A DNA stretch of 63,860 bases, the filler included, from Octopus bimaculoides (lineage: Eukaryota): NCBI RefSeq assembly GCF_001194135.2. It is 7 parts of 6 records of this genome, joined end to end, with 100 filler letters (N's around TTAATTAATTAA, not from the genome) between each part and the next. Parts side by side here need not be neighbours in the genome. Positions count along the whole stretch, not along the records: positions 1 to 13,456 come from NC_068981.1; positions 13,557 to 20,077 come from NC_068996.1; positions 20,178 to 29,220 come from NC_068982.1; 4 more parts are not named here. The stretch is one strand, 5' to 3'. Below are positions 11,878 to 24,556 of this stretch, in pieces. The notes below the pieces were generated by a model. The model was not told the DNA's origin. It saw nothing but the letters and a program-made list of their open reading frames with translations, and did not search any database. The position numbers and the translations under genes are program-made. Each line of letters starts with the position of its first letter. Within the stretch, counting starts at the first letter, position 1.

Positions 11878-12450
11878 ATCTATAGAAATCCACATTTCCA
11901 CTTTTTCGTAAAAATTTTTACATCAATGGAATTTTCTCGATGTGAACTTTCCAGTGCAGTAATTAGATTTTTAAAATTCCGTTTACTTTGTGTGATTTAA
12001 GGGAGATTTGGCTGTTGTTTCTAGCAACTTTTATATTTCTTCTCTTCTATCTGGACAGCGTTCTTACACACGCGCTCAACATGTAATATAGAGAGAGTAA
12101 GAGTAAAAGAGGGAGAGAGAGAGAAAGTGATACATACAAAGTCATAGATTAAACTTTCCTCTCAGTATTCTTTACCTAGTTTTCATAACATTGATACGTA
12201 AAAACACACACAACCACACATACGTGATCTGTGACAACAACATACACATTGCTCCTGTTCCCTATTCCTTTCCTCCCCTCTTCCTCTCTCGCTCTCTCAA
12301 ACGCATACACGTGCAAGTAAACACAATCATTCACAAAAATATAACTCAATGTTCGTCAATGTGGCATAACTACAGAGTTGTACCCCCCAACTTTGGAAGG
12401 TCATAACTTTCAGAAAAATGAATATTTTTTTAATGAAATTTTCTATGCAA
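11878..12450 (-). repeat. Interspersed repeat, inverted partner of 5355-5770, with an extra internal segment of about 160 bp
   Basis: Reverse-complement match interrupted at about 12193-12355. Confidence 0.85.
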
Positions 12451-12559
12451 AATGGTGCATCAACATCTTCTGCCCAATCTGATAGAATTCTGGCAAAACT
12501 GTGTAGCAACTGATTGCCAGCAATTGCTTCATCACACATTGCCGTCCTAGCTCCTAGGG

Positions 12560-13435
12560 AAAAAATCAGCATCTACAAATTTATCGACTAGTGAGCTCCG
12601 TATCCCTCCTCAAAATTATCCCATGTGCGCCACAAACAGTCCTGCAGAAAAGATTGCAGTTTAACCATCCAAGAGAAGACCATCAATATAGATATAGGGC
12701 AGGGAGTTGCCAATTAATTAATATAATTAATAATTAACAATTTTGCCAAGTAGTTCAGTATGCAAAAAAACCTTTATCGGTAAAACATTTATAATTATAA
12801 ACATATAGGGATCAGCAGGAGTTGCTTCACCAACATATTGAAAATTTAGAAATAGCAGTTAAAAGAACTACAAATTCTAACTACAATTTTTTTTTCTCCA
12901 ATGAATGGCGATATTTATGGCACACATAGAACAAAATGGAAGAGAAAATAAACAAACCTGCCGTTAGTTAATCATGTACGACGTTTCGTGATTAGAATAT
13001 AAAATTTCGTTCCACTCATCAGCATGATATACAAAATTATATATCTGAAAATGCTAAGATACTGATGCATATCTGACCATGCGACATCAAATATCACATC
13101 AGAAAAAATCAGCATCTACAAATTTATCGACTAGTGAGTTCCGTATCCCTCCTCAAAATTATCCCATGTGCGCCACAAACAGTCCTGCAGAAAAGATTGC
13201 AGTTTAACCATCCACGAGAAGACCATCAATATAGATATATGGCAGGGAATTGCCAATTAATTAATAAAATTAATAATTAACAATTTTGCCAAGTAGTTCA
13301 GTATGCAAAAAAACCTTTATCGGTAAAACATTTATAATTATTAACATATAGGGATCAGCAGGAGTTGCTTCACCAACATACTGAAAATTTAGAAATAGCA
13401 GTTAAAAAACTACTAATTCTAACTACAATTTTTTT
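12560..13435 (+). repeat. Near-identical direct repeats of about 330 bp (12560-12890 and 13103-13435) with a spacer of about 210 bp
   Basis: Both copies begin aaaaaatcagcatctacaaatttatcgactagtgag and end ttctaactacaatttttt. Confidence 0.92.
12971..13028 (-). ncRNA. Minimal type I hammerhead ribozyme motif
   Basis: Minus strand: atcatg-CTGATGA-gtg...cac-GAAAC-gtc-GTA-catgat. Perfect 6-bp stem I, 3-4-bp stem II, GUA cleavage triplet. Confidence 0.7.
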
Positions 13436-13556
13436 AAATATATATATATATATATANNNNNNNNNNNNNNNNNNNNNNNNNNNNNNNNNNNNNNNNNNNN
13501 TTAATTAATTAANNNNNNNNNNNNNNNNNNNNNNNNNNNNNNNNNNNNNNNNNNNN

Positions 13557-13875
13557 AAAACCCGAACCCTAACCCTAAAACCCTAAACCCTTACTAGGGA
13601 ATAATGATATAATTAAACAGGGAATAACACTCTTGACACCGGTAAAAATTATTGTTTATAAAAAGAGCAGTAACCGTATTCAGCTGAATAGACGTCAGTG
13701 ATTGGTTGAAATTACAGAAATACGACAACTTTAACATGAAATAACTTATTAAGAACTAATTTTTGTTAAGAAGGCTAAGAGAAAAAGATGTTTTATATGA
13801 CACATTTTACCAGTATCCCAAGTTTGAAAGTGTTTCGTTAAGAAAACAAGTGTTGCCCGTCAAACCAAAAAGATC
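13557..13875 (+). mobile_element. Right half of the 7954-8808 family (telomere-like run plus TIR)
   Basis: cccgaaccctaaccctaaaaccctaaacc followed by the TIR ending gtcaaaccaaaagatcc. Confidence 0.8.
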
Positions 13876-13958
13876 CAATAATAGCATTGTAGTTGCGGGT
13901 ACTCGCCTAGTCTCCTAGCAACCGATATTTTTAGACCTAGTCCGCTACACACACGCGC

Positions 13959-13995
<37 letters not shown>

Positions 13996-15089
13996 TATAC
14001 GCGAGAAAACGAGCAACTTTATAGGGTTTCGTGGGAGTGTATGCAAAGAGAGATAACGGGTATATATAGCTTTGTGAGTGTTTGTGTATATATGTGTATG
14101 AGTGTAAACTTGCGCACACATGTTTGTTTGCTTATTAGAAGTGTTTATTTACATTCTGTATGTAACTAATAGCATGAACGATTGAATTCATAATTATTTG
14201 TGATAGTCAAAATAATTCGGTCAGAGAGGAGAGATAAAAAAAAGAGAGAAGGAAGAGGTGCAGGAGAAAGAGACAAAGAGCGACAGAGACAGAGGTTTTG
14301 TTATATTTGTTGTATTTGGAGGTTGAGTTTTGAAAGTAAACACAGTCAGACAGAGACTGTAAGAAGCAAAATTATTTAACAACTATATACAAATAATATT
14401 GATTGTGTTCTTTCAAGGAACATGACACTAGTGTAACAGTTGAGGTGGTAGCAATTGGATGGTTGTTCTGTGATGTCTTCCCCTCCCCCCTTTCTTTTCA
14501 TTCTATATGGTTTAAAGGTTGTCTAGATAAACTGAAGGCCCTCAAATCTGGAGTGATATACNNNNNNNNNNNNNNNNNNNNNNNNNNNNNNNNNNNNNNN
14601 NNNNNNNNNNNNNNNNNNNNNNNNNNNNNNNNNNNNNNNNNNNNNNNNNNNNNNNNNNNNNNNNNNNNNNNNNNNNNNNNNNNNNNNNNNNNNNNNNNNN
14701 NNNNNNNNNNNNNNNNNNNNNNNNNNNNNNNNNNNNNNNNNNNNNNNNNNNNNNNNNNNNNNNNNNNNNNNNNNNNNNNNNNNNNNNNNNNNNNNNNNNN
14801 NNNNNNNNNNNNNNNNNNNNNNNNNNNNNNNNNNNNNNNNNNNNNNNNNATATATAGATACATACATATATACATTCATACATATACACATACATATATG
14901 TATACATAACATATATGTACGTATACATATATGTATGTATACACGTATATATATATATATGTATACACGTATATATGTATGTATACATATGCATACACAC
15001 TTACATACATACATACACACATGCATACATACAGATATATATACATACACACACATACATATATGTATGTATGTATGTATGTATGTATA

Positions 15090-15463
15090 CAAGGTTGGCC
15101 AAAAGTCACCTGACAGTAAATCAAAACCCATTTAAATCCAAGATTAAAACAAAAAATTATTTTATATGAGACCTCGCTAATAAAAAAAGACAAGTGTTGA
15201 AAGAGAAAAAAAAAACAGGGATTTTAGGTCAAAGCAATCATAATTGAAATGAATAAATAAAATTCAATATTAACTTATTTCGTATGTGTATTTCGTGTGC
15301 AAGAGTGCAATGAAATAATTTAACAAAAAACTATATAAATTAATAAAGGACTGAACCAGTGCGTGTGTTTATTACCGGCATAATGCCTCTCCCAAGGTTT
15401 AATTCAATATTAACTATTTATGGAATTTTGATTTACTGTCGGGAGACTTTTGGCCTAACCACA
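15090..15463. mobile_element. Tc1/mariner-type MITE
   Basis: TIR caaggttggccaaaagtcacctgacagtaaatcaaaa vs ttttgatttactgtcgggagacttttggcctaacc. Flanked by TA. Confidence 0.75.
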
Positions 15464-15689
15464 TATACATATGTGGTTTTCGTCACTGCTTGCAATTATC
15501 TTTAAAAAAAATTTCTATGTAGCCTATAAATGTAATTTTTGACCCCGAATCCGAATTTATTCATTCATTTGCAAAAATGTTACAAGTGTTCAAAGTTTGA
15601 TAATTATCAGAATGTTCAGCCAATCAAAATTTTAAGCGTGTTCGCTGCCTTTTCCATCATCAGCATGTCAAAACATTGCTACTTCGCTT

Positions 15690-15777
15690 GTACACGCACA
15701 CACATATTCTCACACAGAGTTGAAACACTGTTTGAGTTTTCTTTTCAGCGTTGAATGTTCACCATACCACTTCCATT

Positions 15778-15829
<52 letters not shown>

Positions 15830-15975
15830 TTACATACCTCCCTTTTACATACTCACACAGAGTTGATACGGTCCCACTACCAGTTTACCATCACCCCTTC
15901 TTTTCTTATTCATCTATCACCCCTTCCTTTTTCATTCGTATGTTGTGACGGAGACAAACACATGAGTATTATAGT
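15690..15975 (+). mobile_element. Second copy of the 792-1560 family
   Basis: Shares cacacagagttgaaacactgtttga and ccatcaccccttcttttcttatt...atgttgtgac. Confidence 0.7.
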
Positions 15976-16733
15976 ANNNNNNNNNNNNNNNNNNNNNNNN
16001 NNNNNNNNNNNNNNNNNNNNNNNNNNNNNNNNNNNNNNNNNNNNNNNNNNNNNNNNNNNNNNNNNNNNNNNNNNNNNNNNNNNNNNNNNNNNNNNNNNNN
16101 NNNNNNNNNNNNNNNNNNNNNNNNNNNNNNNNNNNNNNNNNNNNNNNNNNNNNNNNNNNNNNNNNNNNNNNNNNNNNNNNNNNNNNNNNNNNNNNNNNNN
16201 NNNNNNNNNNNNNNNNNNNNNNNNNNNNNNNNNNNNNNNNNNNNNNNNNNNNNNNNNNNNNNNNNNNNNNNNNNNNNNNNNNNNNNNNNNNNNNNNNNNN
16301 NNNNNNNNNNNNNNNNNNNNNNNNNNNNNNNNNNNNNNNNNNNNNNNNNNNNNNNNNNNNNNNNNNNNNNNNNNNNNNNNNNNNNNNNNNNNNNNNNNNN
16401 NNNNNNNNNNNNNNNNNNNNNNNNNNNNNNNNNNNNNNNNNNNNNNNNNNNNNNNNNNNNNNNNNNNNNNNNNNNNNNNNNNNNNNNNNNNNNNNNNNNN
16501 NNNNNNNNNNNNNNNNNNNNNNNNNNNNNNNNNNNNNNNNNNNNNNNNNNNNNNNNNNNNNNNNNNNNNNNNNNNNNNNNNNNNNNNNNNNNNNNNNNNN
16601 NNNNNNNNNNNNNNNNNNNNNNNNNNNNNNNNNNNNNNNNNNNNNNNNNNNNNNNNNNNNNNNNNNNNNNNNNNNNNNNNNNNNNNNNNNNNNNNNNNNN
16701 NNNNNNNNNNNNNNNNNNNNNNNNNNNNNNNNC

Positions 16734-16895
16734 GGCGAATTTTTCATCAGTGACCGCGCTATAACACTAAAATATAATTAAGAGACATATAATTAAGATT
16801 AACAAGCATCTCTTCGTTATATATTATAATCTTTCAAATTCGCCGCGCAAGCGCAGTTTTAGTGTTATGGCGCTGTCACTGATGAAAAATTCGCC
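16734..16895. mobile_element. 162-bp MITE with about 40-bp TIRs
   Basis: ggcgaatttttcatcagtgaccgcgctataacactaaaa vs ttttagtgttatggcgctgtcactgatgaaaaattcgcc. Confidence 0.8.
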
Positions 16896-17414
16896 TAGCA
16901 AATTATTTTATTTGCTAAAAAAATTTAGAAACCTATGTCTAACCGGCATAGAAATAACAAGGTTAAAGTTTTTATTGTTCATTCCTTTTGGAGATTGTTC
17001 TTAAAATTTGGTTTTGGTCGTTTTGACTACTACTTCAAGCGTGTAAAAACTGCCTGTTCAGGGCAGTTTTCTCTTGTGTTTAAATGTACACTATTTTATA
17101 TTGAGAATATGTTGTCTATTGACTTTTTATACATGCTAGGCCACTGGTAGTGAAATTTCTAAAAATACAAAAACAAAACTCGCTACCCTATATATATTTT
17201 ACGTATTGATATATTTTCTCTTTTACTCTTTTACTTGTTTCAGTCATTTAACTGCGGCCATGCTGNNNNNNNNNNNNNNNNNNNNNNNNNNNNNNNNNNN
17301 NNNNNNNNNNNNNNNNNNNNNNNNNNNNNNNNNNNNNNNNNNNNNNNNNNNNNNNNNNNNNNNNNATGCATGCATACAAACATACATACATGCATACATA
17401 CATACATACATACA

Positions 17415-18020
17415 TTACTACCATCTTTTAACCACCAAGTGTCGAAGTGCATCTCTTGACCAAGTTTGCATACATGAGGCTGATAAAATCTTAAGACTGG
17501 GTAAGCATCTCCTTGAGCAAACCTCTTGTCTGATAACCTTAAATACATACCCAGAGAAGTAGCACAACTCTACCGTAACGTATCATCAGATGAAAGGATG
17601 AGCCTATATGAGCAGCAGACTATGCACGGATATGTTAGTAGAAAACACCGTGATGATAGTAACATCGGTCATCAAAGCAGTCTATCATGGATGAATAGCC
17701 AGATTACAACCTCCGACTCTGAAAGGTATGCGTTTGCAATCCAGGAGCAGGAAATATCAACCAAATACCTGATGCACAAAAGGGATAGAGATGCAGGAAA
17801 ATCAGTAAAATGTGACAACCGATGCAGACTTTGTGGAGTTCACACTGAAGATATCGTCCGAAAATGTTATTACAGTATTGTCTACCGATGAGACATGATA
17901 TTGTTGCTAGGACACTCTATAATGAAATCCGTCGAAAGGATAATCCCGAGGACAAAGAAATAAGAACCCACAATATGGTAGAAGCCATAGCCACTCATAA
18001 TTAAAAGGAATACTGGTGGA
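17415..18020 (+). mobile_element. R4/Dong-clade (RLE) LINE fragment, zinc-knuckle region
   Basis: ERYAFAIQEQEISTKYL...CDNRCRLCGVHTEDI...RHDIVARTLYNEI, with frameshifts. Confidence 0.8.
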
Positions 18021-18718
18021 ATTATATATNNNNNNNNNNNNNNNNNNNNNNNNNNNNNNNNNNNNNNNNNNNNNNNNNNNNNNNNNNNNNNNNNNNNNNN
18101 NNNNNNNNNNNNNNNNNNNNNNNNNNNNNNNNNNNNNNNNNNNNNNNNNNNNNNNNNNNNNNNNNNNNNNNNNNNNNNNNNNNNNNNNNNNNNNNNNNNN
18201 NNNNNNNNNNNNNNNNNNNNNNNNNNNNNNNNNNNNNNNNNNNNNNNNNNNNNNNNNNNNNNNNNNNNNNNNNNNNNNNNNNNNNNNNNNNNNNNNNNNN
18301 NNNNNNNNNNNNNNNNNNNNNNNNNNNNNNNNNNNNNNNNNNNNNNNNNNNNNNNNNNNNNNNNNNNNNNNNNNNNNNNNNNNNNNNNNNNNNNNNNNNN
18401 NNNNNNNNNNNNNNNNNNNNNNNNNNNNNNNNNNNNNNNNNNNNNNNNNNNNNNNNNNNNNNNNNNNNNNNNNNNNNNNNNNNNNNNNNNNNNNNNNNNN
18501 NNNNNNNNNNNNNNNNNNNNNNNNNNNNNNNNNNNNNNNNNNNNNNNNNNNNNNNNNNNNNNNNNNNNNNNNNNNNNNNNNNNNNNNNNNNNNNNNNNNN
18601 NNNNNNNNNNNNNNNNNNNNNNNCCAGGGTCGATTTGCTCGACTAAAGGCGGTGCTCCAGCATGACCGCAGTCAAATGACTGAAACAAATAAAAGAATAA
18701 AAGAATAAAAGAATAAAA

Positions 18719-18762
<44 letters not shown>

Positions 18763-19101
18763 TTTAGTAGAAGACATAGCACACAACCCAACCCATTGAA
18801 TACATCTGTGTATGTGTCATTTGTATCTTTCTTTGTGTCCGAATGCATAAGTGTGTTTGTGTGACATCCGGCTACTGATGTAGCTAATAGCTGGCTCGTC
18901 GATAGGCAAAAATCTTACTGGCTACTATAATTCGACATGTGCCATTTCAATGGCACTTGGGGAGTAATCAATAGTTGCATATATTATAGTATAATACAGC
19001 AAAACTGATTAGATCGAGCTCAATTGAAGCAATTGCAAATTAACGTAATTAAAAGACTTAACAAGATTCTTCTTGCTTGTAATGTTAAATGCATACATAC
19101 A

Positions 19102-19136
<35 letters not shown>

Positions 19137-19139
19137 GTA

Positions 19140-19330
19140 CTTTTACTCTTTTACTTGTTTCAGTCATTTGACTGCGACCATGCTGGAACACGCCTTTAGT
19201 CGAACAAATCGACACAGGAGTTATTCTTTGTAAGCCTAGTACTTAATCTATTCCACTCTTTTACCAAACCGCTAAGTTACGGGGACGTAAACACACCAGC
19301 ATCGGTTGTCAAGCGATGGTGGGAGGACAG
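19140..19330 (-). mobile_element. SINE family A, 3' half
   Basis: ttactcttttacttgtttcagtcatttgactgcg...ggggacgtaaacacaccagcatcggttgtcaagcg. Confidence 0.88.
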
Positions 19331-19394
19331 GCGGAAAATTATGTATGTATATATAAAGAGAGAAAGGGAAGATAGAAAACTAATTTCGAAGATA

Positions 19395-19845
19395 GAAAAC
19401 TACTATAGACGTTCGAATAAACGTCTATAATTTGCCTTGACACAAAATAGCTGTAAAAGCAAGCTATATGAATAAATAATTTGCTGCCTTGGCAAGAAGC
19501 ATTTAAAATCTTTTGGAAAGAATATTATACTTTCTTATCCTCTAACTTTTTAAAAATATTTATATACCTTGAACTTCGAATGGCTGTGCATGAATAAAGT
19601 AATATTTTAAAACTATACGTATTTCTCGCAAATATGGGGAGATAGTGCTGATGAGAGTAATACGTAGCAAACTTGAATTAAATTAATTTTTAAAATTAAT
19701 TTATCTAATTTGAACGTTAAACTCGAAACTATGGCGCACTGTTAATTCACTGTAAATTTGAATTAAAGTTTTATTCATCTCACCCGCTTTTACAGCTGTT
19801 TCGTATTCAGGCAAATTGTATATGTTTATTCGAACATCTATTTTC
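19395..19845. mobile_element. Old MITE-like element with about 60-bp inverted ends
   Basis: gttcgaataaacgtctataatttgcc...agctgtaaaagc vs gcttttacagct...ggcaaattgtatatgtttattcgaac. Confidence 0.55.
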
Positions 19846-19867
19846 AATATGTAAGGAAGTAGTTTTC

Positions 19868-19901
<34 letters not shown>

Positions 19902-19904
19902 AGT

Positions 19905-20065
19905 GGATATGTGGTAAGTAACTTGCTTACCAACCACATGGTTCCGGGTTCAGTGCCACTGCGTGGCACCTTGGGCAAGTGTCTTCTACTATAGCCTCGG
20001 GCTGACCAAAGCCTTGTGAGTGGATTTGGTAGACGGAAACTGAAAGAAGCCCGTCGTATATATGT
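19905..20065 (+). mobile_element. SINE family A, 5' half
   Basis: gtggtaagtaacttgcttaccaaccacatggttccgggttcag...gaaagaagcccgtcgtata. Confidence 0.88.
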
Positions 20066-20361
20066 ATGTATATATATNNNNNNNNNNNNNNNNNNNNNNN
20101 NNNNNNNNNNNNNNNNNNNNNTTAATTAATTAANNNNNNNNNNNNNNNNNNNNNNNNNNNNNNNNNNNNNNNNNNNNAACGTTGTGTTAACAACAAACAA
20201 GATGTGGACAAATATCTGTCAAATGTAAATAATGTAAATAACGTACATAATTCCTCATCTCTTAAATAAAGAACTGTAATATTCTCATTATTTATTAGAA
20301 AATAGGTGTAATATAGAAACAAAACTTTAATTTCGAATCAGTCAATGTTTGTGTGTGTGCA

Positions 20362-20401
<40 letters not shown>

Positions 20402-20774
20402 TGTGTGTGTGTGTGTGTGTGCGCGTGCGTGCTTACGCACCCATACGTGTGGGTGTTTGTGAGTGCATGAGAAAAATCAATAGAGAAAAAGAAGGCGAGA
20501 GTGTGTGAACATGTGCTCATATTTGGAAACAATCTGTTAGTGGTCCCTCTTCCTGTATTTTGTACCATTTTGGAAGTGTCTTCTACTGAAACCCAGAAGC
20601 AGCCTAAAGTTGGGCTGTCAGCGACTAAACTGGCAACACCACCAATAAGCCTGCACGATGGGTAGGTAGGATGGGGTATCGGCCACCCTGTTGGTGGAAG
20701 AAGACTCATCAAGGGGTGGATAAATTCAAAAAGGTCAACTGCCATCCAATTACGCGAGATAGTATATATATTTA

Positions 20775-21350
20775 TAGGCGCTGGAGTGGCTATGTGTTAA
20801 GAACCTTTGTTTTCAACCGCATGGTTCAGGGTTCAGTCCCACTGCGTGGCACTTTGGGAAAGTGTCTTCTACTATAGCCTCGGGTCGAACAAAGCCTTGT
20901 GAATGGACTTGATAGACGGAAACTGAAAGAAGCCCATCGTTTACATATATNNNNNNNNNNNNNNNNNNNNNNNNNNNNNNNNNNNNNNNNNNNNNNNNNN
21001 NNNNNNNNNNNNNNNNNNNNNNNNNNNNNNNNNNNNNNNNNNNNNNNNNNNNNNNNNNNNNNNNNNNNNNNNNNNNNNNNNNNNNNNNNNNNNNNNNNNN
21101 NNNNNNNNNNNNNNNNNNNNNNNNNNNNNNNNNNNNNNNNNTATATATATATTTGTGTGTGTGTATCTGTGTTTGTCCTTCCACCATTGCTTGACAACCG
21201 ATGTTGGTGTGTTTACGTCCCCGTAACTAGATGTTCGGCTAAAGAGGCCGATAAAATAAGTACTAGGCTTACAAAGAATAAGTGCTGAGGTGGATGTGTT
21301 CGACTAAAGGCGGTGCTCCAGCATGTCCGCAGTCAAATGACTGAAGCAAG
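20775..21350 (+). mobile_element. SINE family A, full length across a gap
   Basis: Head 20775-20945 and tail 21142-21350 flank an N-filled microsatellite. Confidence 0.85.
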
Positions 21351-21554
21351 GAAAAGATTAATATATAGAGAGAGAGGGGAGGGGAGTGAGAGAGAGCGGG
21401 TGACAGAGAGAGAGNNNNNNNNNNGTCAAATGACTGAAGCAAGGAAAAGATTAATATATAGAGAGAGAGGGGAGGGGAGTGAGAGAGAGCGGGTGACAGA
21501 GAGAGAGAGAGCGAGTGACAGAGAGAGAGAGCGAGTGACAGAGAGAGAGAGAGC

Positions 21555-21601
<47 letters not shown>

Positions 21602-21735
21602 GAATGACTTGGTGCGATACTAATAAACAGGTGTAGAACTCAATAAACGTATGTTATGTTTCTGAACGAAACGTTAGTCGAGTACAGAATAGTAATAAGA
21701 AAATAGCCGACAAAGAAATAAACGAGTATATTATG

Positions 21736-21870
21736 AACTTCATTAACCTACAGCTGTTGTTTCCACTCTAAGATGTGGTAGACTCACTCTTGAGTGCCAG
21801 ATGTTAGTCAGGCACTCAGTTATGAGTTCACCACATCTTATAGTGGTAACAGCTGTAAGCTAATGAATTT
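21736..21870. other. Isolated bulged hairpin of about 130 nt
   Basis: Nested arms: ttcatta/taatgaa, tacagctgtt/aacagctgta, ccactctaagatgtggt/accacatcttatagtgg, tgagtgcc/ggcactca. 12-nt loop. Confidence 0.85.
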
Positions 21871-22365
21871 CTTGATATAATCGTTTATCACTTTGTTGCA
21901 TCTTTATGTGTGTGCGCGCGCACGTGTGTATACGACGGGCTTCTAGTTTCTTCTTACCACACAGCTACGGTTACACGTATGTATTTATTTGCTTATTTAC
22001 GTATGCATGCATGCATGCATGCATCCATGCGCAAGAACTTAGAAAATTTTCATGTGATACCAAGGTGCGCATATAGCCTAACCAAAGTGAGTTGGGCTCT
22101 ACACCATATCGAAGAAAACTACTCTAGGAAAAGGAGAAAGGCGTGAGATATATTGTTCATTGTGTTTGTAGAAAACATTCGCACCAAATGTATGCTATCA
22201 GCATTTTCAAACTGAGTGGCTGGTCCTGCGCCAGTTTTCACCATTGAAAACAAATTATTTGCGTGGATAATCTATGTTATAATATTGGCCGTTAGATATT
22301 AACACGTCGAAACCGACCAGAGATTGCACTATATAGAAAGGTAGAGAGAAGTAGAGAGAAAATGC

Positions 22366-22397
<32 letters not shown>

Positions 22398-22906
22398 TAC
22401 AGACTTATAGTTAACAGGTTGCGAAAATTAACTACTTTCGATCAAAATTGTTATTTACATGACTTGCTTTGTTAGATAGTAATGAATCTCGTTATCGAAA
22501 CGAATAAGTATGAAGCATATTGTCTCCATTTACTTCAAGCCTATTTCAACTTTCCTGTTCTCATTTAATCCTTTAAAACATGTTATCTTTAATATACTCT
22601 CCATCAAAAGAGGCGGCGTGTTGATAGAATCGTTAGCACTCCGGGCGAAATGTTGAGCGGTATTTCATCCATCTTCACGTACTGGATTCAAATACCACCG
22701 ACGTCAACTTTGCTTCAAAAAAGACATACAAATGCATTCAAATATCACGTCTAATTTTATTGCCGCCTCCTTTTTACTTTCGGTTTTATTTATTTATTTT
22801 TCTTTTCTGTTTAAATTTAAGTGACCATCTGTGTCATGAAGAAGTTTAAATAACATAAAATTGATCGCAATAAATTGGACAAAACGTGTTTTAATAGTTT
22901 TATTTA

Positions 22907-22959
<53 letters not shown>

Positions 22960-23511
22960 ATTTGTGCGTGTGTGTATGTGTTTGCACGTGTGTCAATATA
23001 GTGCAATTAAAACAAATTAACAAATTGCACAGCAAATAAACAGTATGTGTATATTACTTGCATATATAAATACACACGTGTACATAAATATATGCGTGCG
23101 TGTGTATACATAAACATGTTGTATAATATATGTCTATATGTTAGTGTGTGTTGTGTGAGTACGTTGTGTGTGTGTATCTGCGTGCCTGTATGTGCATGTG
23201 TGTATGTGTTGTGCGTACGTTGTGTGTGTATGTGCGTTTGGGTGTATGTGTGTATGTGTTGTTTGTGCATTGTGTGTGTGTTTTATAACGAATGAGAGTA
23301 ATAGTACACTTTAACTGGTCTAGAGTAGTGCTTCTAAAGCCGGGCGCTACCAACCCCTGGCATTCTGTATCCTACAAATAAATTGCTCTATGCATATACC
23401 ACTAGTTTTTAATGGTGACCATTCTATGAGAAGAAAATTTTGTGAGATATATAGTTATATTATTTACATTATTTACATTTGACGGATATTTGTACTCATT
23501 TTGTTGTTGTT

Positions 23512-23557
23512 AACACAACGTTTCGGCTGATATACCTTCCAGCTTTCATCAGTTGTC
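23512..23557 (-). ncRNA. Minimal hammerhead motif, mutated copy
   Basis: gacaa-CTGATGA-a-agctg...cagcc-GAAAC-GTT-gtgtt. Mismatches at the first pair of stem I and of stem II. Confidence 0.6.
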
Positions 23558-23659
23558 TTGGGGAAATTTCGAACCTGGGTTCTCACTCATCCCTAAGGTA
23601 TTTTTCGATATTATTATTATTATCATTATTATTATTATCATTATCATCATCATCATTAT

Positions 23660-23740
23660 TCAGGTCACTACCTGGAATCGAACTCGGAATCTTGGGGTTA
23701 AGAGAGCGGGCTACTAACTCCAAGATTCCAGGCAGTGACT

Positions 23741-23742
<2 letters not shown>
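23660..23742. other. Two fused, oppositely oriented tRNA-like heads
   Basis: Minus half has B-box gagttcgattcc. Plus half has ggttaag and an anticodon-arm-like gcggg-ctactaa-ctcca. The two halves overlap at ggtta. Confidence 0.7.
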
Positions 23743-23800
<58 letters not shown>

Positions 23801-23803
23801 GTG

Positions 23804-23840
<37 letters not shown>

Positions 23841-24421
23841 NNNNNNNNNNNNNNNNNNNNNNNNNNNNNNNNNNNNNNNNNNNNNNNNNNNNNNNNNNNN
23901 NNNNNNNNNNNNNNNNNNNNNNNNNNNNNNNNNNNNNNNNNNNNNNNNNNNNNNNNNNNNNNNNNNNNNNNNNNNNNNNNNNNNNNNNNNNNNNNNNNNN
24001 NNNNNNNNNNNNNNNNNNNNNNNNNNNNNNNNNNNNNNNNNNNNNNNNNNNNNNNNNNNNNNNNNNNNNNNNNNNNNNNNNNNNNNNNNNNNNNNNNNNN
24101 NNNNNNNNNNNNNNNNNNNNNNNNNNNNNNNNNNNNNNNNNNNNNNNNNNNNNNNNNNNNNNNNNNNNNNNNNNNNNNNNNNNNNNNNNNNNNNNNNNNN
24201 NNNNNNNNNNNNNNNNNNNNNNNNNNNNNNNNNNNNNNNNNNNNNNNNNNNNNNNNNNNNNNNNNNNNNNNNNNNNNNNNNNNNNNNNNNNNNNNNNNNN
24301 NNNNNNNNNNNNNNNNNNNNNNNNNNNNNNNNNNNNNNNNNNNNNNNNNNNNNNNNNNNNNNNNNNNNNNNNNNNNNNNNNNNNNNNNNNNNTACAAATG
24401 CAAAACAAAAGTCAAACATAA

Positions 24422-24510
<89 letters not shown>

Positions 24511-24556
24511 CGAAAAATATCTTAGGGATGAGAACCCAGGTTCGAAATTTCCCCAA

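Noticed and set aside
13909-13921. X-box-like GTCTCCTAGCAAA (also CTTGCCATAGCAAC at 47038)
   Set aside because: Imperfect matches with no linked transcription start evidence; expected by chance in 64 kb.
16734-16895. CTGATGA in the MITE TIRs as ribozymes
   Set aside because: Followed by AAAATTCGCC with no hammerhead stems. It is simply TIR sequence.
23660-23742. Functional tRNA gene
   Set aside because: Neither half is complete (5' acceptor/D arm missing; B-box deleted in the + half). It is a repeat-borne tRNA-like head.
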